Shown: in pieces, positions 44,012-53,188 of the stretch
How positions within the stretch are numbered: position 1 is the stretch's first letter
Layout: each line of letters starts with the position of its first letter
Source: Thermoplasmatales archaeon
GTDB taxonomy: Archaea; Thermoplasmatota; Thermoplasmata; Thermoplasmatales; GCA-001856825
DNA: 64,000 nucleotides
Direction: 5' to 3'
Assembly (NCBI GenBank): GCA_038729485.1
Contig: JAVYRX010000003.1
Coordinates: 106,524 to 170,523 of the forward strand
The notes under the pieces: generated by a model
What the model saw: only the letters and a program-made list of their open reading frames with translations
Told to the model about the DNA's origin: nothing
The model's database searches: none
Position numbers and translations under genes: made by a program

Positions 44012-45481
44012 CTAGATCCTTGGAAAGATTATCTCCCAAAGGAGAAGAAACAGGACTATCAGGCTAACCGCGGCTACTATCGCATCCCTCGTCCTTTTGC
44101 TTTTCTGGAGGGCAGGCGTATTCATCAATACGTAGCCTCCATCTAGAGGTACAAGGGGCAATATGTTCGTAAGTCCGAGTGCGAAATTAAGCCAGAAAAG
44201 CCAATAGAATAGATATTCCAGATTTAGTGTTACGGGATTAGTGATTATCGTCGGAAGAAGGTATGAAGGTAGAGGCAAGAGGAAATGAAATGGAAGGCCC
44301 ACATATTCAAAGAATCCAAGAGCTCCGCCGTAAAGCGGGTCTTTAAGTAGAGATAGGTATGAATACTGGTCAAACAAGGTTACTCCAAACATTGCAACCT
44401 GGATCCCTATGAACGGATAATCCTTGGGCACTCCAGGATTTGACACTCCCTGAGATTTCAGGTAGTTATAATCAGATGCGAAGGTAATGTTGTAGTTGTT
44501 AAATGCTGATCCGTTGAAAATCTTGATGGTAGCCACATCGCCTGCCTTGTAATTTGACAGTACAGTCTGCAGTACGGTTTCGTTGCTTATGCTATCATTC
44601 CCTATAGCTGTGATCACATCCCCGCTTTTTATCCCCGCCTCAGCGGCAGGGTAGCCACTGAGAACCCCGACTATATATAAGCCGTAAATAACCCTTTCAT
44701 TGAGTGCGTGGCCAGATCGGAGAAGAGTGACGTTGACGTAGGTACCCGGAGTTAAAGCCAAGTTTGGAATTTCACTGGGGTTATGAATGGATATCCCGTT
44801 CACCTTTTCTATTATGTCGCCCGGATGAAACATAGACGTTGCAGAAGATTGGACAGGGGCACCTTGCACCGCAGTGAATGTCGAGGCTATACCTATTGCC
44901 AATACTATAAAAATTACTGCAAGAACTATATTCATCCCCGGGCCAGCTGCAAAGATTTTTCCCCTGACTTTAGGCTCTACCTTTTTTGTTTCCTCTTCGT
45001 CCGGTTCTACGAATGCGCCGACTGGTATTATAAGCCAAAGAAGGCCAGTGCTTCTAACTTTTATATTGTGTCTTCTTGCGGCGACGCCATGAGCACCTTC
45101 ATGGAGTGCAATGGCAACCACAAGACTGATTATGCCATAACCTATTGGGATCGTCGGATTGATACCTGGAAGAGCGAGGGCATACGACAAGGGGATTGCC
45201 GCGCTCCTCGGAATGGAGAAAACTAGGACAGCCTCGTATATCAGAAGTACGACTGTGGCGGCGGAAAGTACTGGCATTGCATAATAAAAGAAAGATATGA
45301 AGTAATCCCAAAATTTCCACTTCGAAACTCTTTCTATGATCTTTATTCCTGCCTGCGTCTTGATGAGTAGTGCAGGACCATATGGTGAAACGTTGTTCCT
45401 AAGGACTGTTATTGCAATGTAGTATACAAATATCCACGCCACTATCAGTATGAGAACAATTAGAAGCCAGTTCACGTCCAC
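44012..45481 (-). CDS. M50-family site-2 protease with an internal PDZ domain
   Basis: 'LHEGAHGVAARRH' (HExxH within a TM helix), PDZ-like 'GIKSGDVITAIGN', and late 'NILPLVPLDGGYV'. Confidence 0.85.
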   Translation of the reverse strand: MDVNWLLIVLILIVAWIFVYYIAITVLRNNVSPYGPALLIKTQAGIKIIERVSKWKFWDYFISFFYYAMPVLSAATVVLLIYEAVLVFSIPRSAAIPLSYALALPGINPTIPIGYGIISLVVAIALHEGAHGVAARRHNIKVRSTGLLWLIIPVGAFVEPDEEETKKVEPKVRGKIFAAGPGMNIVLAVIFIVLAIGIASTFTAVQGAPVQSSATSMFHPGDIIEKVNGISIHNPSEIPNLALTPGTYVNVTLLRSGHALNERVIYGLYIVGVLSGYPAAEAGIKSGDVITAIGNDSISNETVLQTVLSNYKAGDVATIKIFNGSAFNNYNITFASDYNYLKSQGVSNPGVPKDYPFIGIQVAMFGVTLFDQYSYLSLLKDPLYGGALGFFEYVGLPFHFLLPLPSYLLPTIITNPVTLNLEYLFYWLFWLNFALGLTNILPLVPLDGGYVLMNTPALQKSKRTRDAIVAAVSLIVLFLLLWEIIFPRI

Positions 45482-45569
45482 TCATTGAAAATCATTTATT
45501 AATTATTCCCTAAAAATTTTCAACGTTTCCGAAACTTTAAGGATTTATAGGAAACGTATATCAAGGAGC

Positions 45570-45980
45570 ATGAAGGCAAACGTTCACTGGGTAGGGAATC
45601 TGACGTTTATAGGTTCTGCAGATTCAAGGCACTATACTATCATCGATCACTCTGAAGACAAGGAGAAACAAATGGGGAGTTCACCGACAGAGTTGTTACT
45701 TCAAGCTATGTGCAGCTGTACGGCTATGGATATAGTTAATATTCTTCAGAAGATGAAGGAGCCACTGGCAGGGCTGGAAGTAAAAGCTGAAGGTTTCAGG
45801 TCCAAGGAATACCCCCAGCTATTCACGGAGATAAACCTTGAATATATCATAAAAGGAAACGTTAGCAAGGAAAGTCTGGAAAGGGCCATAACGCTTAGTC
45901 AGGAGAAGTACTGTCACGTTTCAATAGCGCTAAAAAGAAGCGGAACTAATATAAAAGTAACAAGCAGGATTGAAAGTTAG
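45570..45980 (+). CDS. OsmC/Ohr-family peroxiredoxin-like protein
   Basis: 136 aa with 'SPTELLLQAMCSCTAMD' and 'EKYCHVS', the two conserved Cys contexts. Confidence 0.8.
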   Translation: MKANVHWVGNLTFIGSADSRHYTIIDHSEDKEKQMGSSPTELLLQAMCSCTAMDIVNILQKMKEPLAGLEVKAEGFRSKEYPQLFTEINLEYIIKGNVSKESLERAITLSQEKYCHVSIALKRSGTNIKVTSRIES

Positions 45981-46032
45981 TGACAAAAGCCTAAGATATT
46001 TATAAAGAGGGATCTTTAACCTAGGATAACAA

Positions 46033-46419
46033 ATGACTTGGCAAGATCAAGAGGTAAGGGAACTTAAGGAGAACAAATACATACTGATTGACGATGAACC
46101 GTGCCGTATAGTGGAGATAACGACATCGAAACCCGGAAAGCATGGAGAGGCAAAAGCAAGGATAGTAGCTATTGGAATTTTCGATAACCAAAAAAGGAGT
46201 GTCGTATTCCCTACAAAACACAAGGTAAAGGTGCCGATCATAGAAAAAAAGACGGCTCAAATATTGAGCGTGACGCAAAACGAAGCCCTTCTGATGGACA
46301 TGGAAACGTTTGAGCAGTTCAGTGCACCTATTCCGGAAGAGTACAAAGATAGGGCCAAAAGCGGTGCAGAGGTAGAATATTGGGAGTCCATGGGAAAGAG
46401 AAAAATAATGAGGGTCTGA
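46033..46419 (+). CDS. eif5a: translation initiation factor 5A
   Basis: '[20 protein letters not shown]' contains the hypusine-lysine loop. Confidence 0.95.
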   Translation: MTWQDQEVRELKENKYILIDDEPCRIVEITTSKPGKHGEAKARIVAIGIFDNQKRSVVFPTKHKVKVPIIEKKTAQILSVTQNEALLMDMETFEQFSAPIPEEYKDRAKSGAEVEYWESMGKRKIMRV

Positions 46420-47259
46420 ATGGCTTCGAGACTGAAATTCTGTGATACTATTGATGACTATGCAGAATCCAGGTATGTGATATTTGGGGTTCCTTTTGAT
46501 TCGACAGTCTCGTTCAGGGCAGGTGAAAAACTAGCTCCTAACGAAATCAGGAAGGCCTCCTACAACATGGAAAGTTATTCCCTTTATAGAGGAGTTGATC
46601 TTAAGAATGCGGCTATATTCGATGACGGGGACCTTGACGAACATCATGAAACAGAAGACATGCTTGAGGAAGTATTTTCGGAAGTTGATAAGATCGTTTC
46701 GGACGGGAAATTTCCTATTATGCTTGGTGGTGAACACAGCATCTCCCTTGGCGCACTTAGAAGACTGAAGTGCAAGACTGTCTTCATTGACGCGCATACA
46801 GATTTCAGAGATTCTTATCTTGGGAATAGGTATTCGCACGCGTGCGTTGCAAGAAGGGTAAGCGAGATAGTAGGAAAAGATAACATCGTATCGCTAGGGA
46901 TAAGATCTGTTTCACCTGAGGAAGTAGAAAGTGGTACGCAGAAGTTTTTCACAAGCTTTCAGCTAAGAAAAGAAAGTGCCTCTGCAATGGAATACCTGAA
47001 TAATTTTGCAGGATCGCCTGTATATCTTTCCATAGACTTCGATGGTTTTGATCCGGCCTTTGCTCCAGGCGTCGGAACGCCTGAGCCATTTGGTCTGGAT
47101 CCCTTGATAATTCTTGATCTTATGGATGCTATTGGTTCAAAATTAGTCGGGTTCGATTTAACTGAAATATCTCCTGTTTACGACAATGGCAACACTTCTA
47201 TGCTGGCTGCGAGGATCGTTCAGGAGGTAGTTTCATTTCTAGAGAAGAGCAGAAAATGA
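46420..47259 (+). CDS. speB: agmatinase (ureohydrolase family)
   Basis: 'GGEHSIS', 'IDAHTDFRD', 'SIDFDGFDP' and 'DLTEISP' Mn-binding motifs. It starts on the nucleotide after the aIF5A stop. Confidence 0.88.
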   Translation: MASRLKFCDTIDDYAESRYVIFGVPFDSTVSFRAGEKLAPNEIRKASYNMESYSLYRGVDLKNAAIFDDGDLDEHHETEDMLEEVFSEVDKIVSDGKFPIMLGGEHSISLGALRRLKCKTVFIDAHTDFRDSYLGNRYSHACVARRVSEIVGKDNIVSLGIRSVSPEEVESGTQKFFTSFQLRKESASAMEYLNNFAGSPVYLSIDFDGFDPAFAPGVGTPEPFGLDPLIILDLMDAIGSKLVGFDLTEISPVYDNGNTSMLAARIVQEVVSFLEKSRK

Positions 47260-47852
47260 ATGATGATAGTTCATATAAGAAAGGATATAGGGACGGCTTA
47301 AAATACGCATTAATTCTTGCAAAATCTTTGGGTGTTGGAGAAGATTATGTCAAAAGGCTAGAGAGCGAGTACTCCGGTCAGGAAACGAGGAAGGCTCTCA
47401 AGTTCGAATACGGGGATACATATATCATATACGAGAAGAGCAACGAGAAGGGCCTTGAAATCGTCGGAGAAGTTGCTGAACAGGGTTATCCTGTCATTAT
47501 CATAAGCAGGGATTACAGGAAAAATCTCGTCGGGTTCAAAAATGTAAAACTTGCCGTCGTTACCTATGAGGAGATAAGTGGCGGATTCAACCCAAATCAG
47601 CTAAGTCAGATACAGGAATTTGTCATCAACAATCTCAAAGATGGGTCGATCCTTTACATAGACTGCATAGACTATATATTGTCCACGTCAAATTCGCCGC
47701 ATAATGTAATGAGGTTCCTTACGGTCCTCAAGGATAAAATTATTAGCAGATCCGGGATATTGATAATTTCAATAAATAAGGATGCCATTGGAAAAGCTGA
47801 ACTATCTATGATAGAGAAGGAGTTCAAGAACACGCTGGATATTAAGACCTAA
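47256..47852 (+). CDS. DUF835-like protein of unknown function
   Basis: ATGA overlap with speB. The C-terminal 'VIIISRDYRKN...LYIDCIDYIL...FLTVLKDKI...ILIISINKDAI...ELSMIEKEF' matches my recollection of the archaeal DUF835 pattern. Confidence 0.55.
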   Translation: MNDDSSYKKGYRDGLKYALILAKSLGVGEDYVKRLESEYSGQETRKALKFEYGDTYIIYEKSNEKGLEIVGEVAEQGYPVIIISRDYRKNLVGFKNVKLAVVTYEEISGGFNPNQLSQIQEFVINNLKDGSILYIDCIDYILSTSNSPHNVMRFLTVLKDKIISRSGILIISINKDAIGKAELSMIEKEFKNTLDIKT

Positions 47853-48354
47853 TAAGTTCAGTAGTTTCAATTCTGGAAGGGGTAGGTATCTTATGAGATG
47901 CTTTCTTGAGGGCATTCTTTGCCTTGTCGATGCCATCCTTGTTTACCCTGACAACGATTACGCTCGATCCTCTTTTGACCCTCGCGGCGGTCCCAACAGG
48001 CCTTCCAAAGGCCATGCTCATTCCACTGGATATTCTGTCAGCACCAGCTCCGGTAGCCATCTTATGTTCCCTTATAACGTGATGTGGGTAAGGCCTAACC
48101 CTCATGTAATAGCCTTTTTCTCCAAAGTCCTTAAGCAGCTGCCTGTTTGAGGATATTCTTGCGGCCTCTAGAGCAGTATGCCTGATCTGGCAACTCTCCT
48201 CTGCCACAAGTCTCAGCTCAACTTGAAAATTGCCGTTTAAGTTCCCAGCTACAAACTGCTGTATCCTCGGCGTAGGTACCCCTCCCATGTATTCCCTTTT
48301 TGTATAGGCCGGTCCAGTGATCCTCGTATACATTCTAGCTGGTTTCCTTACCAT
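47842..48354 (-). CDS. rpl10e: 50S ribosomal protein L10e (uL16)
   Basis: 'RKPARMYT', 'YTKREYMGGVP' and 'RMSMAFGRPVG'-type motifs. Confidence 0.95.
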   Translation of the reverse strand: MVRKPARMYTRITGPAYTKREYMGGVPTPRIQQFVAGNLNGNFQVELRLVAEESCQIRHTALEAARISSNRQLLKDFGEKGYYMRVRPYPHHVIREHKMATGAGADRISSGMSMAFGRPVGTAARVKRGSSVIVVRVNKDGIDKAKNALKKASHKIPTPSRIETTELIRS

Positions 48355-48447
48355 TTAAACAACCTAGTCCGAGAATGTCTATACGTATAAAATATTTCTT
48401 GATAACTCCAAGAAAGGTTAATTATTTGTAATTTATAATTACTCAGA

Positions 48448-49401
48448 ATGGACGAATTATGGATAGAGAAATATAGGCCGAAGAAGCTCGAGGACATCAT
48501 AGGCCAAAAAATTGTGATCGAAAGACTTAAAAGTTACGTTGAGCAGAAGAATCTCCCTCATTTACTGTTTGCCGGGCCATCTGGCACTGGGAAGACTACC
48601 GCTGCCATAGTCCTCGCAAGGGTGCTATATGGAGAAGAATGGAAAGAGAACTTCCTTGAGCTCAACGCGTCGGACGACAGAGGGATAAAAATGGTCAGGG
48701 ATACCGTGAAAGAATATTCAAGAATCATGCCTTCTAACCCTCTCGGTTTCAAAATATTGTTCCTGGATGAAGCAGATTATATGACGGACGAAGCCCAGGC
48801 TGCATTAAGGAGAACGATGGAAAACTTCACTAAAACCACGCGTTTCATCATATCGTGCAACTACTCCTCAAAAATAATAGAGCCCATCCAGTCAAGAACT
48901 GCAATATTCAGATTTAAGGCAATTCCGAATGAAGATATGATAAAACTCCTTTCGTCTATATTGAAAAACGAAGGAAGAGAGTTTGAGAAAAAGGCGTTGG
49001 AAGTAATTGCGGAAATGTCTTATGGTGATATGAGGAAGGCCATAAATACGTTACAAGTGGCTGCAACTTATTCGCAGAATATTACAGTAAATTCCATATA
49101 CGAGGCAACTGGGCTGGTTAGAAAGGAGTGGGCTGTCGAAGTAATATCGCTTGCTCTAAGAGGGGATATATCAAAAGCCAGGAGCATGCTTGAGACAGCT
49201 ATAATTAAAGAGGGGATCTCTGGGCAGGATGTTGTAGAACAATTTCATAGGGTTTTGTTTGACATGCCACTGGAGGACGTGATTAAAGCCGATATCCTCT
49301 ACGTATTGGGGGACATAGATTTCAGGATATCTGAGGGGGCCAGGGAAATTATACAGCTTGAGAGTTTCTTAGGATATCTTTACAACAAAGGATCTAAGTG
49401 A
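48448..49401 (+). CDS. rfcS: replication factor C small subunit
   Basis: 'WIEKYRPKKLEDI', 'GPSGTGKTT', 'FLDEADYMT' and 'SRTAIFRF' (SRC motif). No intein is present. Confidence 0.95.
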   Translation: MDELWIEKYRPKKLEDIIGQKIVIERLKSYVEQKNLPHLLFAGPSGTGKTTAAIVLARVLYGEEWKENFLELNASDDRGIKMVRDTVKEYSRIMPSNPLGFKILFLDEADYMTDEAQAALRRTMENFTKTTRFIISCNYSSKIIEPIQSRTAIFRFKAIPNEDMIKLLSSILKNEGREFEKKALEVIAEMSYGDMRKAINTLQVAATYSQNITVNSIYEATGLVRKEWAVEVISLALRGDISKARSMLETAIIKEGISGQDVVEQFHRVLFDMPLEDVIKADILYVLGDIDFRISEGAREIIQLESFLGYLYNKGSK

Positions 49402-49408
49402 TCCGAAA

Positions 49409-49909
49409 ATGGCAACAAACGGCTCGGTTTACGAGAGGGAGCTAAAACACATCTTATCAGGCGACAAAGGTAAGCTAGATGAATTGTCGTGGATCGGGGA
49501 AGACATCAAGTACAGGATATTGAAAAAACCATTCATGGTTGTGAGAGCGGCCGGAAGCCATGGATTTGACATAATAATCATAAGGTCTGATATAAGCGTC
49601 CCAATTGAGATAAAGAGCTCAAAGGAAAAGATACTTAATTTTTCTACGTCTTCTAATAGGTCACAGCAGCAGGCTGAAAACTATATATCGATTATAAGCA
49701 GAACAGGCGTGATGCCACTATACGCTTTCAGAAGAAAGGCGGTAGCAGGCGATCCCTGGAGATTCTTTACCTTTAATTATCCGTTCGAGGGCAAATACAG
49801 AAAATTCTCTGAAATTATCCCGAAGATAGAGATCACAAGGAGCGGCACATACGTACTGAAATGGGATAGAGGGCTCTCTCTTACTTCCCTTCTAGAATAC
49901 TTGTTCTAG
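49409..49909 (+). CDS. Hjc-like archaeal Holliday-junction resolvase family nuclease (longer than typical Hjc)
   Basis: 'GSVYERELKHIL...VVRAAGSHGFDIIII...IEIKSS' reproduces the Hjc E...D...E-x-K nuclease core. The 166 aa include an insertion after the ERE motif and a C-terminal tail. Confidence 0.6.
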   Translation: MATNGSVYERELKHILSGDKGKLDELSWIGEDIKYRILKKPFMVVRAAGSHGFDIIIIRSDISVPIEIKSSKEKILNFSTSSNRSQQQAENYISIISRTGVMPLYAFRRKAVAGDPWRFFTFNYPFEGKYRKFSEIIPKIEITRSGTYVLKWDRGLSLTSLLEYLF

Positions 49910-50330
49910 GCAAAACAGAAGCAACAGATTCGTTTCCTCTTTGAATTCCCCTTGGAAAGTCAATTCCCCTCTCGACCTTCCTATATTCAACGGATATCGG
50001 AGAAAGTTTCTGCAATATATACTCAAAAGCAGCCTCCGCATGTTCCGTTGGGCCGCAGGTGAAAATATCCAGTGCCACAAATCCATATTCCGGCCACGTA
50101 TGAAAACTCAAATGTGACTCGGCAAGAAGTATCACGCCGCTCACTCCATCTGGAGAGAACTGATGATAATATGACCTTATCTTTGTGAGCCCGCTGTTTT
50201 TCACGGCAGACTCCATCATATCCTTAACATAACTTATCCTTGATATCTTGGAAGGTGATACACCCTTCAGGTCGCCGATTAAATGAATTCCTATGGACAC
50301 TCCAATATCACCAGACAATATGAAAGACAT
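49881..50330 (-). CDS. speH: pyruvoyl-dependent S-adenosylmethionine decarboxylase proenzyme (SpeH-type). A paralogous arginine decarboxylase specificity cannot be excluded.
   Basis: 'LLAESHLSFHTWPEYGFVALDIFTCG' contains the Glu-Ser self-cleavage site. Confidence 0.8.
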   Translation of the reverse strand: MSFILSGDIGVSIGIHLIGDLKGVSPSKISRISYVKDMMESAVKNSGLTKIRSYYHQFSPDGVSGVILLAESHLSFHTWPEYGFVALDIFTCGPTEHAEAAFEYILQKLSPISVEYRKVERGIDFPRGIQRGNESVASVLPRTSILEGK

Positions 50331-50672
50331 CTAATATTTAAATTTTGATTTATCTATCATTGCCGATTGTTCAATATTCAGTTAAAAAAACGAATGTAAT
50401 TCACCATGATACGTTCAAAGCTTAGTCATTTTCCAAGGTCTCCGCGAAGCACGATTCTAGGATTGATAAACAATTTAGGAATCATATTCTAAACCATTAT
50501 AGAAGACTATACTTGGTTTCTAATTTCATATTTTTTACAATTCACATTTGTCTTTTATATATATTTTTAAAACGGATTTTCTCCCTTTTTCTCATGGGAA
50601 TTAGAAAAGGTTAATAAGGTGTATATCCTATTGGGAGTGAGCGCAGAGCTCTAGACAAAGGATTGGTAAAGT

Positions 50673-51095
50673 ATGGAAGAATTTACGAAAGTAAAGGACC
50701 TCAATTCTGGGTCCAAAAGGGTAACTGTTTTGGCAAAAGTTTTGAGTGTTGGGGAACCAAAGGAAATACAAACAAGGTACGGAGAGAAAAAGACCGTGAC
50801 AGAGGCAGTTCTTGGAGACGACACCGGTAAAGTTACTATGTCTCTCTGGGAAGAGCAGGCGAAACAGATCGAAAACGGCTCTAACATAATGGTTGAGAAC
50901 GGATATGTGAGTTTCGTAAGGGGCCACATGAGACTTAACGTTGGAAAATACGGGTCTATAAAGAAGGCTGATTCTGACATTAGCGAAATCAATGAATCAG
51001 TCGATATGAGTGAGAAGGAATACCCGCCAGACGAGACAGGAAGAAGGCCAAGAAGAAACTTCAACAATAATAAGAATTATAGAAGCAGATTCTGA
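50673..51095 (+). CDS. ssb: single-OB-fold ssDNA-binding protein (crenarchaeal-SSB/RPA2-like) with a basic Asn/Arg-rich tail
   Basis: It has one OB fold (VTVLAKVLSVGEPKEIQTRYGEKKTVTEAVLGDDTGKVTMSLWEEQA), then a flexible tail ending RRPRRNFNNNKNYRSRF. Confidence 0.7.
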   Translation: MEEFTKVKDLNSGSKRVTVLAKVLSVGEPKEIQTRYGEKKTVTEAVLGDDTGKVTMSLWEEQAKQIENGSNIMVENGYVSFVRGHMRLNVGKYGSIKKADSDISEINESVDMSEKEYPPDETGRRPRRNFNNNKNYRSRF

Positions 51096-51099
51096 GCGG

Positions 51100-51720
51100 T
51101 TATTTTTCTATTAACCCTACGCAGAATCCTTTATTTTTTATTTTGATTATTATCTCATCAAGATCGAGTCCCTTAGAGAACATTTCGTCATATACGCTCT
51201 TCAAGGAAGGAAACTGACAGACCTTACAAGGGATACTCTCAGATAGTTCTATTAATTTTTCGGAATAGTAAAATGATTTTACGTCTATGTTTTCGCATTT
51301 ATTTCCAATTTTTTGAAGGACTGGGTTATTTGTTATTACCTCAACGCTTTTGCCCAGATTTGATGACTGAACTGATGGGATTCCTGAATATTCGTGTTTG
51401 AATGTTTTTATGTGGCAGGATTTGCATAGTGTTATCAGATTCTTTGTAGAATCTGATCCGCCTGCTATTCTCGGGATGATGTGGTGCACTTCAACCTGGA
51501 GTCTTATTCTTGAAACGTAATCAGCGGTATCAAACACAATAGGAGATTTTCCGCAAATTCTGCACGTATAAGAATCCCTTTCAAGCGTTATCCCCTTGGC
51601 AACAGGCCAAGGCATCGGGGAGGGCTCCCGGCTACCATTAGTATCGTAATCGTAGATCTTTCCGTATTCAGAATACTTCCTTCTAAGAAGCTCTAGCCTT
51701 TCTTCGTCTATAAACTTCAT
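51100..51720 (-). CDS. HNH endonuclease domain protein
   Basis: 'CRICGK...VEVHHIIPRIAGGSDSTKNLITLCKSCH' is a complete HNH/zinc-finger core. The flanking N- and C-terminal regions are unassigned. Confidence 0.75.
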   Translation of the reverse strand: MKFIDEERLELLRRKYSEYGKIYDYDTNGSREPSPMPWPVAKGITLERDSYTCRICGKSPIVFDTADYVSRIRLQVEVHHIIPRIAGGSDSTKNLITLCKSCHIKTFKHEYSGIPSVQSSNLGKSVEVITNNPVLQKIGNKCENIDVKSFYYSEKLIELSESIPCKVCQFPSLKSVYDEMFSKGLDLDEIIIKIKNKGFCVGLIEK

Positions 51721-51871
51721 CTCTACAGTGGAAATGAATTATCAAAATAACCTTTTAGTTAGCTAAATGGATCTCGCTGTCATTATATAAAGGATGATGG
51801 AAGCGAATGTCTCAGAGTAAAAACGTTTAAGATAGGTTTAATATCTAGCGTAAATTCAGCAGCGAAATGCC

Positions 51872-52510
51872 TTGACGTTAACATTGAGTGGGATCGTTTC
51901 ATTATTCATAAAAGAATCCATATCTGTTATGAGCTCACTTGGGCCTGTTGGAGTATTCGCACTTATGGTGCTTGAGGGAGTTGGGCTTCCATTCCCGTCG
52001 GAGGTTATTATGGTCTTTGCAGGATTTCTTTCCAGTGGAAGCTTGTTAATGTTCGTTGTTTATGCAATAGTGGGTTCAGTTGGAGGTTTCCTAGGAAACA
52101 TCATTCTCTACTACATATCAAGGTACGGAGGAAGGCCAATCATACTTTTCATAGGAAAGTATTTTGGACTAAGGGAAGAGCATTTGATATTGACAGAAAG
52201 ATGGTTTGATTCCAAGGGGGAATGGACTGTATTCTTCGGAAGGTTCGTCCCGGGTTTTAGGTCATATATGAGCATACCGGCAGGAATTTCCGGTATGAAA
52301 ATATTAAAATTTTCGGTTCTTACTTTTTCCGGCTCATTCATATGGTCGACATCACTTGAGACAGGAGGCTACTATCTTGGGAAATCATGGGAGAGAATAC
52401 TGCCTGTGCTGACTCAAATTGGGGTAGTCCTTCTAATATTATTCGTAATAGGAATCGGGGTCTTCGTATATCTATCAATTCGAAAAAGGCAAAACTCAGG
52501 AACGAGCTAA
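51872..52510 (+). CDS. DedA-family (SNARE-associated/VTT domain) membrane protein
   Basis: 'MVLEGVGLPFPSEV' and 'FFGRFVPGFRSYMSIPAG' motifs. The listed start is TTG, and an alternative ATG lies at 51929. Confidence 0.8.
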   Translation: MTLTLSGIVSLFIKESISVMSSLGPVGVFALMVLEGVGLPFPSEVIMVFAGFLSSGSLLMFVVYAIVGSVGGFLGNIILYYISRYGGRPIILFIGKYFGLREEHLILTERWFDSKGEWTVFFGRFVPGFRSYMSIPAGISGMKILKFSVLTFSGSFIWSTSLETGGYYLGKSWERILPVLTQIGVVLLILFVIGIGVFVYLSIRKRQNSGTS

Positions 52511-52513
52511 GAA

Positions 52514-53188
52514 CTATAGAAATAAAAAGAAGTAAATAACTAATACTGCAGCTATCGAAAAAACGATTCCCCAATTTTTTTTGCTCCAGGCAAATACTTT
52601 GCTGCCGTCAAGAGGAGGTATAGGGATAAGATTGAAAAGCCCAAGCCATAAATTAATGTATGTTAAGTAATAAACGGCTACGAAAATTATTGACCCAAGG
52701 TGGGCGAATAAGAGTACCGGCAAGAGTGCTATTCCAATTGCTAGGTTAGAGGAGGGTCCCGCTAGGGCTATTTTGCCCTCCCTTATTGGATTCCTGTAGC
52801 TTGCGAAATAAACTGCCCCTGGGAGGGCAAACAGAAAACCTAGAAGACCGGTTACTATAGTTAGCAAGAGACCTAGGGGCCACATTCGGAATTCCGACCA
52901 GGCACCATAATGGATGGCCGTGAATTTATGGCTCATCTCGTGGAAAAGGAATGCGGTTACTGTCATAAGGAAAGAAATCCCGAGCGCATCCATTATCGAA
53001 ATCTTGAACGGGGATCTGGATACTATGAAGAAGAGAGCAATTGAAAGTGTAATAACTGACACTACTATGTCCCTTATTTCTTTAGCTGAAAAGCTACTTT
53101 TTTTGTAACTCACCGTATAAACAGCCATCCTATACCTCAAGTATATCATCTTATATAATATGATACGTGCGCTTGATTCAAGCTCCAA
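52514..53188 (-). CDS. small M50-family (site-2 protease-like) membrane metalloprotease
   Basis: 'FHEMSHKFTA' (HExxH in a TM helix) and 'NLIPIPPLDGSKV'. Confidence 0.8.
   Translation of the reverse strand: MELESSARIILYKMIYLRYRMAVYTVSYKKSSFSAKEIRDIVVSVITLSIALFFIVSRSPFKISIMDALGISFLMTVTAFLFHEMSHKFTAIHYGAWSEFRMWPLGLLLTIVTGLLGFLFALPGAVYFASYRNPIREGKIALAGPSSNLAIGIALLPVLLFAHLGSIIFVAVYYLTYINLWLGLFNLIPIPPLDGSKVFAWSKKNWGIVFSIAAVLVIYFFLFL

Noticed and set aside
43855-44067. Second 70-aa ORF overlapping the 43803 ORF and the 3' end of the M50 protease gene
   Set aside because: It is an alternative frame of the same spacer that runs antisense into a supported gene. It has no motifs and is less plausible than the 43803 frame.
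50331-50672. AT-rich 342-bp spacer considered as a replication origin
   Set aside because: It has no repeated ORB-like elements, and there is no adjacent orc1/cdc6 gene. It is more simply the promoter region of the divergent speH and ssb genes.
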